Of a stretch of 59,343 nt of DNA, positions 36,574 through 46,199 are shown one piece after another (within the stretch, counting starts at the first letter, position 1; each line of letters begins with the position of its first letter). This DNA is from an uncultured Segnochrobactrum sp. (GTDB taxonomy: Bacteria; Pseudomonadota; Alphaproteobacteria; Rhizobiales; Segnochrobactraceae): the NCBI GenBank assembly GCA_964503995.1, contig CAZDCR010000002.1:1-59343 (forward strand), read 5' to 3'. A program made the position numbers and the translations under genes. Under the pieces are notes generated by a model. The model saw only the letters and a list, made by a program, of their open reading frames with translations. It ran no database searches and was not told the origin of the DNA.

Positions 36574-37002
36574 ATGGCCACCTACGACGACCAGAACGTG
36601 TTCGCCAGGATTCTGCGCGGCGAGTTGCCCTCGGTGACGATCTACGAGGACGCGGCCACCGTCGCCATCATGGACATCATGCCGCGCTGCGACGGCCACG
36701 CCCTGGTGCTGCCGAAGGCGCCGTCGCGCAATCTCCTCGACATCGCCCCCGCCGACCTCGCCGCCGTGATGGCGACGGCCCAGAAGATCGCCCGCGCCGC
36801 GGTGACGGCCTTCGGTGCCGACGGCGTGACGGTGCAGCAGTTCAACGAGAGCGCCGGCGGACAGGTGGTGTTCCACACCCATGTCCACGTCATGCCCCGC
36901 AAGGAGGGCGTGGCGCTGCGGCCGCACACCGGCGAGATGGCACCGAAGGACGTCATCGCCTCGCACGCCGAGGCGTACCGCAGGGCGCTGGCCGAAGCCT
37001 GA
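36574..37002 (+). CDS. HIT family protein
   Basis: NVFARILRGE, GHALVLPK, GQVVFHTHVHVMPR; AGGAGG RBS. Confidence 0.93.
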   Translation: MATYDDQNVFARILRGELPSVTIYEDAATVAIMDIMPRCDGHALVLPKAPSRNLLDIAPADLAAVMATAQKIARAAVTAFGADGVTVQQFNESAGGQVVFHTHVHVMPRKEGVALRPHTGEMAPKDVIASHAEAYRRALAEA

Positions 37003-37023
37003 CGATCGGCCGGCGCGGCGCGC

Positions 37024-37383
37024 TCAGGGGTCGAGCGCCAGCCAGCCGGCAATGAGCACCGCCTCCGCCGCGGCGACGCCAGCGAACAGCCGGCGCCCGA
37101 GGACGAGATAGGCGGCGAGCCCAATGCCCGCCGCGACGATCCGCAGGGCCGCCGGCGTGGTGGCCAGCGCGCCGCCGGGCGCGAGCAGCATCTTGGCGAT
37201 GACACCCGCCACGAGTGCGGTCGCGACCGCCCGCACCCAGGCGAGCACTGGCGAGGCCTCGTCGAGGCGGGCGCCGACGAGCACGCCGATCCAGCGCCAC
37301 ATCTCCGTCGCCAGGAAGCCGGCGATCAGGATGAACAGATAGGGCCACAGCGGCCCGAGGTCGCTTGCGAAGGTGAGCGTCAC
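37024..37383 (-). CDS. azlD: AzlD family membrane protein
   Basis: Small hydrophobic ORF coupled (GTGA) to azlC; WRWIG, WVRAVATAL. Confidence 0.75.
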   Translation of the reverse strand: MTLTFASDLGPLWPYLFILIAGFLATEMWRWIGVLVGARLDEASPVLAWVRAVATALVAGVIAKMLLAPGGALATTPAALRIVAAGIGLAAYLVLGRRLFAGVAAAEAVLIAGWLALDP

Positions 37384-38138
37384 CGCGCCCTCCCCACCGC
37401 ACGGCCAATCAGGAAGGCGAGCGTGCCGCCGACGAGGCCGCCCCAGAGGAGATCGGTCGTGGAGTCGACGAGCCCGACGAGCGGCGTCAGCACGAGGCCG
37501 ATGGCGAGCGCCAGCCGCTCGGTCAGGCTGCGCGCCGCGCCACTCATCGAGATGAGGAAATAGACCGGCGTCATGAAGACGAGGGCGCCAGAGAGCACCG
37601 GCGGCAGTTCGCCCGCCCCCCAGTAGCCGAGGCCGGTGGCGCCGACGCTCGCCACCGCCAGCGCCGAGCCGAGCCCGGCATACCAGGCGGCACGACCCTC
37701 GCGCGGGATCGAGGGCAGCTGGACCATCGCCAGCACCCAGGCGGTGACGGCGACGAAGTGGCTGAGTGCCAGCAGCCGCAGCCGCGTCGTGCCGGGGCCG
37801 CGCAGCATCGGCATGATCGCCGCCGTCATCGGCATCAGGCGGACGGCGGAGAGCGAGACGGAGACGAAGGCGGCGACGAGGGAGGAGCCGGCCGAGATCG
37901 AGCCGGTGAGCACGATCTGGCTCGGAAGCGCCCAGATGCCACCGGTCATCAGAAGCGTCAGGCCGAGCGGCAGCCCGGCCTCGCGGGCGAAGCCGCCGAA
38001 GCCAACGGTGGAGGCGAAGAGAACCAGCCCGGGCACGCCGACCGCCGCCCGCATGCCGGCGAGGAACCAGCCGCCGCGTGGACGGTGGGACGCGGCGGGC
38101 TCGTGCGACGGCGGGTCGCCAGAGAACTCAGCGGACAC
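37380..38138 (-). CDS. azlC: AzlC family branched-chain amino acid exporter permease
   Basis: GFGGFA...WALPSQ, VRLMPM, multiple TM helices. Confidence 0.8.
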   Translation of the reverse strand: MSAEFSGDPPSHEPAASHRPRGGWFLAGMRAAVGVPGLVLFASTVGFGGFAREAGLPLGLTLLMTGGIWALPSQIVLTGSISAGSSLVAAFVSVSLSAVRLMPMTAAIMPMLRGPGTTRLRLLALSHFVAVTAWVLAMVQLPSIPREGRAAWYAGLGSALAVASVGATGLGYWGAGELPPVLSGALVFMTPVYFLISMSGAARSLTERLALAIGLVLTPLVGLVDSTTDLLWGGLVGGTLAFLIGRAVGRAR

Positions 38139-38316
38139 GGCAGACCGACGCGGCTGGGGATGGTGCGGCCGTTCGGGGAGCCCGGGCGGCGATGGGGAGG
38201 ACGCTAACGCGGCCCGGAAGCCGGCATGGGCTGTCGACGTCCTGCGGTGCCGGCACGTTCGCCGGCACCGAGGTGCCGGCGGCGGACCGCCGGCTTTTGT
38301 TCGATGCGTCGCCCGT

Positions 38317-40749
38317 CTACTGGGTGAGCGGCACCTTCGGCACCAGGCTGCGCTTCACCGGCTTCTCGGGCGCCGGCTTCACCTTCACCTTCGCCTTCGC
38401 CTTGGCGGGGCGGCGGCGGGGCTTGCGGGCCTCCTTCGGCGGCGCCGGGCGCGGACGGTCGCCGGTGTCGGCGACGAGGTCGAGCTTCAGGCCGTCCTCG
38501 CCGTCGTCCTTCTTCTCGACCGACACCTTGACGGTGCCGCCCTTCATCAGCGTGCCGAAGAGCACGGCTTCGGCGAGCGGCTTCTTGATGTGCTCCTGGA
38601 TGACGCGAGCGAGCGGCCGCGCCCCCATGCGCTCATCATAGCCCTTCTCCGACAGCCACTTCACCGCGGCATCGTCGAGCTCGAAGGTGATGTTGCGGTC
38701 CGAGAGCTGGGCCTCGAGCTGCAGCACGAACTTCTGCACGACAAGGTGGACCACCTCCGGCGGCAGGTTTCGGAAGGCGACGATGGCGTCGAGCCGGTTG
38801 CGGAACTCCGGCGTGAACAGGCGGTTGATCGCCTCGGTGTCCTCGCCGTCGCGGCGCGTGCGGTTGAAGCCGATCGGCGCCTTGGCGAGGTCGGCGGCGC
38901 CCGCGTTCGTCGTCATGATCAGGACGACGTTGCGGAAATCCACCTGCTTGCCGTTGTGGTCGGTCAGCTTGCCGTGGTCCATCACCTGCAACAGGATGTT
39001 GAACAGGTCCGGGTGCGCCTTCTCGATCTCGTCGAGCAGCAGCACGCAGTGCGGGTGCTGGTCGATGCCGTCGGTCAGAAGGCCGCCCTGGTCGAAGCCG
39101 ACATAGCCCGGAGGCGCGCCAATCAGCCGGCTGACGGTGTGGCGCTCCATGTACTCCGACATGTCGAAGCGCAGCATCTTCACGCCGAGGATCTCGGCGA
39201 GCTGACGGGCGACCTCGGTCTTGCCGACGCCGGTCGGACCGGAGAACAGGTAGCTGCCGATCGGCTTCTCCGGCTCGCGCAGGCCCGCCCGGGCAAGCTT
39301 GATCGCCGACGACAGCGTCTCGATCGCCGCGTCCTGGCCATAGACGACGCGCTTAAGGTTCTCGTTGAGGTTGCGCAGCACCTCGGCGTCGTCCTTCGAC
39401 ACCGACTTCGGCGGGATGCGCGCCATCGTCGCGATGGTGACCTCGATCTCCTTCACGCCGATGGTCTTCTTGCGGCGCGATTCCGGCAGCAGCATCTGCG
39501 ACGCGCCCGACTCGTCGATCACGTCGATCGCCTTGTCCGGCAGCTTGCGGTCGTTGATGTAGCGGGCCGACAGCTCCACCGCCGTCTTGATGGCGTCGGA
39601 GGTGTAGCGGACGCCGTGGTACTCCTCGAAATAGGGCTTCAGGCCCTTGAGGATCTCGATCGCATCCGGGATCGTCGGCTCGTTGACGTCGATCTTCTGG
39701 AAGCGCCGGACGAGCGCCCGGTCCTTCTCGAAGAACTGCCGATACTCCTTGTACGTCGTCGAGCCGATGCAGCGGATCTGGCCGGAGGCGAGCGCCGGCT
39801 TCAAAAGGTTGGACGCGTCCATGGCGCCGCCGGAGGTGGCGCCGGCACCGATGACGGTGTGGATTTCGTCGATGAACAGGACGGCGCCGGGGTACTCCTC
39901 GACCTCCTTGACGACCTGCTTCAGCCGCTCCTCGAAGTCGCCGCGATAGCGCGTGCCGGCGAGCAGAGCGCCCATGTCGAGCGCGAAGATCGTCGCGTCG
40001 GCGAGCACCTCCGGCACCTCGTCGTTGACGATGCGGCGGGCGAGGCCCTCGGCGATGGCGGTCTTGCCGACGCCGGGATCACCGACGAACAGCGGGTTGT
40101 TCTTCTGGCGCCGGCAGAGCACCTGGATGGTGCGCCGGATTTCCTCGTCGCGGCCGATGACGGGGTCGATCTTCCCCTTCTTCGCCTTCTCGTTGAGGTT
40201 GACGCAATAGGCCTCGAGCGCGTCGGTCTTGCGCTTCGTCCGTTCGGTACCGTCCACGGTCGCCTGCTCATCGTCTGCCCCGCGCGCCGCCCGCGGCTCG
40301 GCCATGCCGACCCGCTTCGCGATGCCGTGGCTGATGTAGTTCACGGCATCGTAGCGGGTCATGTCCTGCTCCTGCAGGAAGTACGCCGCGTGGCTCTCGC
40401 GCTCCGCGAAGATGGCGACGAGCACGTTCGCTCCCGTCACCTCCTCCCGGCCCGACGACTGCACGTGGATGACGGCGCGCTGGATGACCCGCTGGAAACC
40501 GGCGGTCGGCTTGGAATCGTCGCCGGCATCGGTGACGAGGTTGTCGAGCTCGGTGTCGATGTACTCGACGAGGTCGCGCTTCAGCTTGTCCAGGTCGACG
40601 TTGCAGGCGCGCATGACCGCGGCCGCATCCTGGTCCTCGATCAGCGCCAGCAGCAGGTGCTCGAGCGTCGCATATTCCTGATGCCGCTCGTTCGCGAACG
40701 CGAGGGCCTGATGCAGCGCCTTCTCGAGGCTACGGGAGAATGACGGCAC
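38317..40749 (-). CDS. clpA: ATP-dependent Clp protease ATP-binding subunit ClpA
   Basis: Clp N-domain (TLEHLLLAL), Walker A GDPGVGKT and [20 protein letters not shown] loop; downstream of clpS. Confidence 0.97.
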   Translation of the reverse strand: MPSFSRSLEKALHQALAFANERHQEYATLEHLLLALIEDQDAAAVMRACNVDLDKLKRDLVEYIDTELDNLVTDAGDDSKPTAGFQRVIQRAVIHVQSSGREEVTGANVLVAIFAERESHAAYFLQEQDMTRYDAVNYISHGIAKRVGMAEPRAARGADDEQATVDGTERTKRKTDALEAYCVNLNEKAKKGKIDPVIGRDEEIRRTIQVLCRRQKNNPLFVGDPGVGKTAIAEGLARRIVNDEVPEVLADATIFALDMGALLAGTRYRGDFEERLKQVVKEVEEYPGAVLFIDEIHTVIGAGATSGGAMDASNLLKPALASGQIRCIGSTTYKEYRQFFEKDRALVRRFQKIDVNEPTIPDAIEILKGLKPYFEEYHGVRYTSDAIKTAVELSARYINDRKLPDKAIDVIDESGASQMLLPESRRKKTIGVKEIEVTIATMARIPPKSVSKDDAEVLRNLNENLKRVVYGQDAAIETLSSAIKLARAGLREPEKPIGSYLFSGPTGVGKTEVARQLAEILGVKMLRFDMSEYMERHTVSRLIGAPPGYVGFDQGGLLTDGIDQHPHCVLLLDEIEKAHPDLFNILLQVMDHGKLTDHNGKQVDFRNVVLIMTTNAGAADLAKAPIGFNRTRRDGEDTEAINRLFTPEFRNRLDAIVAFRNLPPEVVHLVVQKFVLQLEAQLSDRNITFELDDAAVKWLSEKGYDERMGARPLARVIQEHIKKPLAEAVLFGTLMKGGTVKVSVEKKDDGEDGLKLDLVADTGDRPRPAPPKEARKPRRRPAKAKAKVKVKPAPEKPVKRSLVPKVPLTQ

Positions 40750-40758
40750 GGGTATCCC

Positions 40759-41088
40759 TCACTTCTTCTCCATGACGCACTGCAGCGGGTGCTGGTGCTT
40801 GCGGGCGAAGTCCATCACCTGGGTCACTTTCGTCTCGGCCACCTCGTATGTATAGACGCCGCATTCGCCGACGCCGTGATGGTGGACGTGCAACATGATG
40901 CGCGTCGCCTCCTCGCGGGTCTTCTGGAAGAACCGTTCCAGAACGTGCACGACGAATTCCATCGGCGTGTAGTCGTCGTTCAGGATGAGGACGCGATACA
41001 TGTTCGGGCGTTTCGTCTTCGCGCGGGTGCGCGTGACGACGACCGTTCCGTTCTCGCCCTCGTCCCGACGATCGTCGCCGGCCGTCAT
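40759..41088 (-). CDS. clpS: ATP-dependent Clp protease adaptor ClpS
   Basis: [34 protein letters not shown]. Start uncertain; upstream in-frame ATGs exist. Confidence 0.95.
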   Translation of the reverse strand: MTAGDDRRDEGENGTVVVTRTRAKTKRPNMYRVLILNDDYTPMEFVVHVLERFFQKTREEATRIMLHVHHHGVGECGVYTYEVAETKVTQVMDFARKHQHPLQCVMEKK

Positions 41089-41233
41089 GCTCGGTTCGTG
41101 CCGCATCGCCTTCCACGCGACGCCTTCGCGCCGCATCGCTTTCCGCACAGCGCCCTTGCGCCGCCTGCCGCCCGGGGGCCAGCCGACCGCCACCCCATCC
41201 GCCGGCCACGCCGATCACTGGCCGTGCTGGCTC

Positions 41234-41261
41234 ATGTAGGTGCCGTCTCCGACATTGTAAG
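41234..41261 (-). promoter_or_regulatory. Possible RpoH-type promoter for clpSA
   Basis: CTTACA-N15-CCTACAT resembles the alphaproteobacterial CTTGAA-N16-CCTATAT consensus. Confidence 0.35.
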
Positions 41262-41406
41262 GCGATCCTCCGCATTCGCAACGCGGATGCGCGAGATCGA
41301 CGCGGCGAGCGGCGACGCAGGCAGGCGCCGCATCGAGGCGTACGCGGCAGGATGCCTCTCCCACCGCGGCTCGCCGACCGTCGCGGGGCGCCGGACCTCT
41401 CAACGC

Positions 41407-41431
41407 AAAGAGCCCGGCGTTGGCCGGGCTC
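41407..41431 (-). terminator. Intrinsic terminator downstream of the phasin gene
   Basis: Minus strand GAGCCCGGC-CAAC-GCCGGGCTC-TTT. Confidence 0.6.
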
Positions 41432-41535
41432 CCTTCAGGACCGCGCTCGAAGGCGGCCCTCAGCGGCACAGCGCCGAACCGCCGCAGGGGGCGAGCGCAG
41501 GCCGACGTCGCGGCGGCATGGGCCGCCGCGTCAGA

Positions 41536-41871
41536 TCACTTCGAAGTCACCTTCGCAAAGATCGTCTCGTAGGGCTTGTAAGCATCCTTGGCGAGGTCGA
41601 CGTACATTTCGCCGAGCTTCGACATCTGCGAGACCATGCCCTCGTACGAGGACTTCATGAACTCGGTCTGCACTTCCATCGCCTTGTCGAGCGACTTCAC
41701 GGCCATCAGCTTCTCGAGAGCGGCCGTACCGTCCTCGTAGCTCTTCTTGGAGTAGTCGGCGACCTCGACCGCGATCGCCTGCATGCCCTTGGAGAGCGTG
41801 CCGAACGACTTCATGGCCGTGTCGAGACCGTCCTTGTTGAGCTTCTGAATCTCATCCACGCCAGTAACCAT
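41536..41871 (-). CDS. phaP: Phasin family protein
   Basis: 111-aa helical protein (KGMQAIAVEVADYSKKSYE..AALEKL..VKSLDKAMEVQ); conserved position between clpS and the carboxypeptidase; upstream PhaR-type box. Confidence 0.85.
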   Translation of the reverse strand: MVTGVDEIQKLNKDGLDTAMKSFGTLSKGMQAIAVEVADYSKKSYEDGTAALEKLMAVKSLDKAMEVQTEFMKSSYEGMVSQMSKLGEMYVDLAKDAYKPYETIFAKVTSK

Positions 41872-41944
41872 TTCTGTTGATTCCTTCTTTGGCAGGGGCG
41901 GACCCAGCGACGACGCGAGACCTTGTCGCCAGCACCTGCGCGAA

Positions 41945-41972
41945 ATTATATGCACTGCACAAAAATTGTCAA
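41945..41972 (-). promoter_or_regulatory. Consensus sigma70 promoter of the phasin gene with a PhaR-type operator in the spacer
   Basis: Minus strand TTGACA-N16-TATAAT; the spacer reads TGCACTGCACAA on + (41951-41962), matching the TGC-N3-GCA PhaR box. Confidence 0.75.
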
Positions 41973-42014
41973 GATCATCCCGCATTGCAACAACGTGACG
42001 GCGGGCGTCGCCGC

Positions 42015-42030
42015 TTAACCGTCCGCTAAC
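42015..42030 (+). promoter_or_regulatory. CtrA-like box upstream of the DD-carboxypeptidase
   Basis: TTAA-CCGTCCG-CTAAC, one mismatch from TTAA-N7-TTAAC. Confidence 0.5.
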
Positions 42031-42138
42031 CGCCATTCCATAGCCTCGATTGCGTCACCCCTCGTCCGCGGGCAGGGGGTCCGTACGGGCCGAGCCCATC
42101 CCGCTCCTCCGTCACCCGAGAGCCGAGGTCGATCGCCG

Positions 42139-43809
42139 ATGCCGTTGCGCCCCGCCGTCCGCCGCCTGTTCGCAACGATCCTCCGCACGGGAGCGGTCGC
42201 GGTCGCCGGGCTGGCCCTCACGGCGCTGGCGGCGGGCCCCACCGCCGATCCGGCGTGGGCGGCGAAGAAGAAGACGGCGGCGGCCAAGGCGAGCCCGGCC
42301 GCCGACAGCCGCTACGCGGCGATCGTGGTCGATTCCGCCACCGGCGAGGTGCTGTTCGCGAAGAACGCCGACGCCCGCCGCTACCCGGCCTCCCTCACCA
42401 AGATCATGACCCTCTACATCCTCTTCGAGGAGATGCAGCAGGGCCGCTATAACGAGGCCTCGAAGCTGTCGGTCTCCGCCAAGGCGGCGGCGCAGGCGCC
42501 CTCGAAGATCGGCGTGAAGGCCGGACAGACGATCACCGTCGGCGAGGCGATCCGCGCGCTCGTCACGAAGTCGGCCAACGACGCCGCGATGGTCGTGGCC
42601 GAGAACGTCTCCGGCAGCGAGGAGGCCTTCGGCAAGCGCATGACGGCGACCGCCCGCCGCCTCGGCATGCACGGCACCACCTTCCGCAACCCGAACGGCC
42701 TGCCCAACCCGGGCCAGGTCACCACCGCCCGCGACATGGCCACCCTCGGCCTCGCGGTGCAGACCCGCTTCCCCAACGAATACAAGTACTTCTCGACGCG
42801 CAAGTTCGTCTTCCGCGGCGCCACCTACGGCAACCACAACCGCCTGCTCGGCACCGTGGAGGGCGTCGACGGCATCAAGACCGGCTACATCCGCGCCTCC
42901 GGCTTCAACCTCGTCACCTCGGTGAAGCGCGACGGCCGCCAGCTCGTCGCGGTGGTGATGGGCGGGGCCACGGGCCGCTCTCGCGACGCCCACATGGCCG
43001 AGCTCGTCCGGACCTATCTGCCGAAGGCTACCCGCACCCGCGCCACGCAGCCGCTCGTCGCCTCCGTGCGCGGCGGCTGGAAGCTGCCGCAGACCGAAGC
43101 CGAAGTGGCCGCCGCCGATCCGACCGCCGAGGCGCCGATGGTCCTCGCGCCGGCCGCCTCCGCCTCCCCCGCCCGCCCCGTTATCGCGGCTCTCCGCCTG
43201 CCGGTATCGGCCCCCGCCCGTCCGGCCGCGCCGGTGGCCGTGGCCGCCGTCGTCGAGAAGCCGGTCGCGCCGCTTGCCTTCGCCGCCCTGCCCTCGCCGG
43301 CCCCCGTCGCCGCCGCGGCACCGGCCGCGCCCGCTCCGCGGGCCGCCCCGATCCAGCTCGGCTCGCCGTCGAACGCCGACGTCGCAGCCGCCAAGGCGCA
43401 GCTCACCGCGATGCTGCAGCAGTTCGAGGAGGAGCAGGGCGACACCAATACCGTCGATGGCGCCGAGGAGGCCGTCGCCGTCGCCTCGACCGCTCCGATC
43501 GCCGTGCCGGAAATCGCCGCGCCGCAGCCGGTGGCCGTCGCCGCGCCGGCCCCGACCACGCGCGATGGCTGGAAGATCCAGATCGGCGCGCTGCCGAGCC
43601 AGACGGCCGCCTCGGAGCGGCTCGCCGCCGCCCGCGACCAGTTCGCCCGGCTTCTGGCGCAGGCCGAGCCCTACACGGAGCCGGTCGCGGCCGGCTCGAC
43701 GACGCTCTACCGCGCCCGCTTCGCCGGCTTCCAGACCCAGGCCGACGCGCGCGCCGCCTGCGCCCAGATCAAGAAGCGTGCCTACGACTGCCTGCCGGTT
43801 CTCCAGTAA
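42139..43809 (+). CDS. D-alanyl-D-alanine carboxypeptidase (peptidase S11) with C-terminal SPOR domain
   Basis: Signal peptide; SLTK, SAN and KTG motifs; Ala/Pro linker; WKIQIGA...YRARFAGF...AC SPOR domain. Confidence 0.92.
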   Translation: MPLRPAVRRLFATILRTGAVAVAGLALTALAAGPTADPAWAAKKKTAAAKASPAADSRYAAIVVDSATGEVLFAKNADARRYPASLTKIMTLYILFEEMQQGRYNEASKLSVSAKAAAQAPSKIGVKAGQTITVGEAIRALVTKSANDAAMVVAENVSGSEEAFGKRMTATARRLGMHGTTFRNPNGLPNPGQVTTARDMATLGLAVQTRFPNEYKYFSTRKFVFRGATYGNHNRLLGTVEGVDGIKTGYIRASGFNLVTSVKRDGRQLVAVVMGGATGRSRDAHMAELVRTYLPKATRTRATQPLVASVRGGWKLPQTEAEVAAADPTAEAPMVLAPAASASPARPVIAALRLPVSAPARPAAPVAVAAVVEKPVAPLAFAALPSPAPVAAAAPAAPAPRAAPIQLGSPSNADVAAAKAQLTAMLQQFEEEQGDTNTVDGAEEAVAVASTAPIAVPEIAAPQPVAVAAPAPTTRDGWKIQIGALPSQTAASERLAAARDQFARLLAQAEPYTEPVAAGSTTLYRARFAGFQTQADARAACAQIKKRAYDCLPVLQ

Positions 43810-43815
43810 CGCGCA

Positions 43816-44592
43816 TCACGGACTGCGACGATGGCCGCCCAAGAGACGTTCCTTCGCTTCGTTGATACGCGCGGCGAGCGCCGCGGACCCGCCCATGTCG
43901 GGATGGACGCGCTTCATCAGGTTGCGGTGCGCGGCGCGGACCTCGTCCGCACTCGCGCCCTGCGCAAGCCCCAGAATCTCGTACGCCTCCTGCTCGCTCA
44001 TGCCGCGCGGGCGAGGCGCGGCGCCCTGCCCCCCTGCCGCACCGTCGTTCAGGTGTTCACGCCAGCGGGGCTCCCGGCGGTCGAGATACACTTCCAGGAG
44101 CGCCCGGCTTTCCCGGTCGCCAGCCGCGCCCGCCCATAGGCCGATCAATGCCTCGACCGACAGCGCATTGAGGGACTGTCCGGCATAGCGGCCGGAGCGG
44201 ACGATCCCGGCCACGGTGCCGTTGACGTGGTCGAGCTCCAGTTCGACGAGCGCACTCGCCGCCCGCGACGTCTTCGGGGCCGTGCCGGTGCTACGGCCAG
44301 CGCCTCCACCGGAGCGGCCGAGGCCACCGAGCCCGCCGAGACCCCCGAGCCGGCCGAGACCGCCGAGCCCGGTGTTCCCGCCGAAACCGAACAACGACAA
44401 GCCGAAGAGGCCGATCGGCATCGCCGCGGCCCACTTGCCGGTCGCCGCCAGCACGATGGCGACGCCGACCAGCACGACGCCGCCGATGCGCGGCAGAGAG
44501 CTCGCGAGCTTCTTCGGATCGGCCTTCACGTAGCCGCGGCCGAGGGCCCAGAGGGCGAGGACGACGAGCGCGCCACCGAGGAGGAAGATCAC
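43816..44592 (-). CDS. Membrane-anchored DnaJ-domain protein
   Basis: N-terminal TMs, GGLG repeats, ELDH..G.V.G, C-terminal J-domain with HPD. Confidence 0.88.
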   Translation of the reverse strand: MIFLLGGALVVLALWALGRGYVKADPKKLASSLPRIGGVVLVGVAIVLAATGKWAAAMPIGLFGLSLFGFGGNTGLGGLGRLGGLGGLGGLGRSGGGAGRSTGTAPKTSRAASALVELELDHVNGTVAGIVRSGRYAGQSLNALSVEALIGLWAGAAGDRESRALLEVYLDRREPRWREHLNDGAAGGQGAAPRPRGMSEQEAYEILGLAQGASADEVRAAHRNLMKRVHPDMGGSAALAARINEAKERLLGGHRRSP

Positions 44593-45329
44593 GGCGACAG
44601 CCTGCCGAGCAGCAGCCGGGCACCATCGTCGCCGCGCTTCTCGAGCGCCGCCAGCGCCGCCCGGCCGCCGGCCGCATAGGCGGCGACGGCGCGCAGGAGC
44701 TTCGCGAGCTCCGCCCCGGCGCCAGCGGAGAAGCGGACGTGGGCGCCGCCGGTGAGGCGGGCGATCTCGGCGAAGGCGACGGAGGCGGTGGCGTCGCTGC
44801 CCTCCTGGAACAGGAAGGCCGGCACGCCGCGCAGCGCCAGTTCGCCGGCACGGGCGGCCAGTTCGTCGACGGGCTCCTCGCAGGCGTCGCCGACATAGAC
44901 GAGCGCCCCGACGCGTCCTTCACGCGCCTCGTTGGCGACGTGCGACAGCACCTTGCGGATCTGCGTGTAGCCACCGCGGCAGTCGATCCTCGACATCAGG
45001 CCGCCGAGCATCTGCGGGTCGGCGACCCAGCGGCTCGCCCGGCACTCACTGAGGCCCCGGAAATAGACGAGCTTCACCGACAGCCCGCCGAGTGCGGCCG
45101 CCGCGTCGAACATCTCCGCCTGGATGACGCAGGCGCGGTCCCAGGTCGGCTGGCGGCTCATGGTGGCGTCGAGGGCGAAGACGAGCCGTCCCTGCCCCTC
45201 GGCGCGCGGCACCATCGTGCGCGCCTTCTCGAGGAAGGCCTCGATCTCGGAGGAGGACGAGCGCGCGGCCTCCCCAAGTCCGGAGGGGACGGCGGTGGTC
45301 TTCGAGAGGGGGCGATTGCGATCGGTCAC
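44589..45329 (-). CDS. vWA domain-containing protein
   Basis: MIDAS-like LVFALDATMSR, GGYTQI, VGDACEE, FLFQEG; coupled to the DnaJ gene. Start approximate. Confidence 0.83.
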   Translation of the reverse strand: MTDRNRPLSKTTAVPSGLGEAARSSSSEIEAFLEKARTMVPRAEGQGRLVFALDATMSRQPTWDRACVIQAEMFDAAAALGGLSVKLVYFRGLSECRASRWVADPQMLGGLMSRIDCRGGYTQIRKVLSHVANEAREGRVGALVYVGDACEEPVDELAARAGELALRGVPAFLFQEGSDATASVAFAEIARLTGGAHVRFSAGAGAELAKLLRAVAAYAAGGRAALAALEKRGDDGARLLLGRLSP

Positions 45330-45405
45330 AGACGATAAGATGAAGCGCGCCGCCGATTTCGCAATGGCCCTGCGGCGACCGGGCCGCTCATCGCGCCCGG
45401 CGGGC

Positions 45406-45843
45406 TCACAGCAGGCCGAGCTCGGCAAGCGCCCGGCGCATGTCGCTCGGCAGTGCGTCGCCACCCTCGCCCCTCTGGCCAAGGTCGCGCGGGGCCTCGG
45501 CAGCGGCGAGGTATCGCCAGCCCTGGAACGGCCGCTTCTGCCGGCGCTCGGTCGGCACCAGCACCGGTTCGAGCACGATCTCGCAGCGCTCGATGCCGTC
45601 GTCGCCCTTCACCGGCCTGAGGTCGCGGATCGGCTGGCGCACCTGCAGCACGCCGCGGATCACCCAATAGAGCGAGCCGCCGTCGAGCACCTCGTCGCGG
45701 CGGCGCGGCGCCATGCGGGTGGTGTGGATCTGCTCGGCCGGCCGCCCGAGCCGCCGGCGCTCGGCCTGCGTCTCGTCGATCCACTGCTGCAGATCCTCGA
45801 TCGAATCGGCACCGACGCAGAGCTTGATGATGTGGAGCGGCAT
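45406..45843 (-). CDS. DUF1489 family protein
   Basis: MPLHIIKLCVGA, TRMAPRR, GGSLYWVI, RPFQGWRYL, LAELGLL. Confidence 0.88.
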   Translation of the reverse strand: MPLHIIKLCVGADSIEDLQQWIDETQAERRRLGRPAEQIHTTRMAPRRRDEVLDGGSLYWVIRGVLQVRQPIRDLRPVKGDDGIERCEIVLEPVLVPTERRQKRPFQGWRYLAAAEAPRDLGQRGEGGDALPSDMRRALAELGLL

Positions 45844-45963
45844 GGCGGGAGGGTGGTGCGGCAGCGCCGCGGAATCAATCGCGCCGATCGGCGCGGCTGG
45901 GGACAAGTGCCATGAGCAAGCCGATAGCGGCTTCTTGACCGGACCTTGCAGTGAGGAGGTCGC

Positions 45964-46179
45964 CTAGCTGGGAAACCGCCACCTAATGAATCGCAGCACA
46001 AAATAGGCTACAAATGCCCCAACTGGAAACCATAGCAAATGAAACCAAAGTTTGTTGATAAACCAAGAAATCTCAGAAAAAATAACAAGAACAGGGAACA
46101 TAAAAACTAGAAAATACATCCCTTGGCGAAAAGACAGGGGCTCCGAGTATGTTCTCAGAAGGCTCCTGACCCAGGTCAT
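45964..46179 (-). CDS. Low-GC small membrane protein (71 aa, two predicted TM helices)
   Basis: The ORF spans an AT-rich patch (about 39% GC by hand count over 45971-46140); two hydrophobic, aromatic-rich stretches. Confidence 0.55.
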   Translation of the reverse strand: MTWVRSLLRTYSEPLSFRQGMYFLVFMFPVLVIFSEISWFINKLWFHLLWFPVGAFVAYFVLRFIRWRFPS

Positions 46180-46199
46180 ACCGCCCACGATGCAAGCTC

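Noticed and set aside
38317-38460. Lys/Pro-rich repeats at the clpA 3' end
   Set aside because: A low-complexity C-terminal tail typical of alphaproteobacterial ClpA; not a separate element.
37636-40743. 1035-aa + strand ORF
   Set aside because: Antisense shadow of clpA/azlC caused by high-GC codon bias; no motifs and no RBS.
44316-44372. 9-bp-period repeats (CCGAG-containing)
   Set aside because: They simply encode the GGLG low-complexity linker of the J-domain protein.
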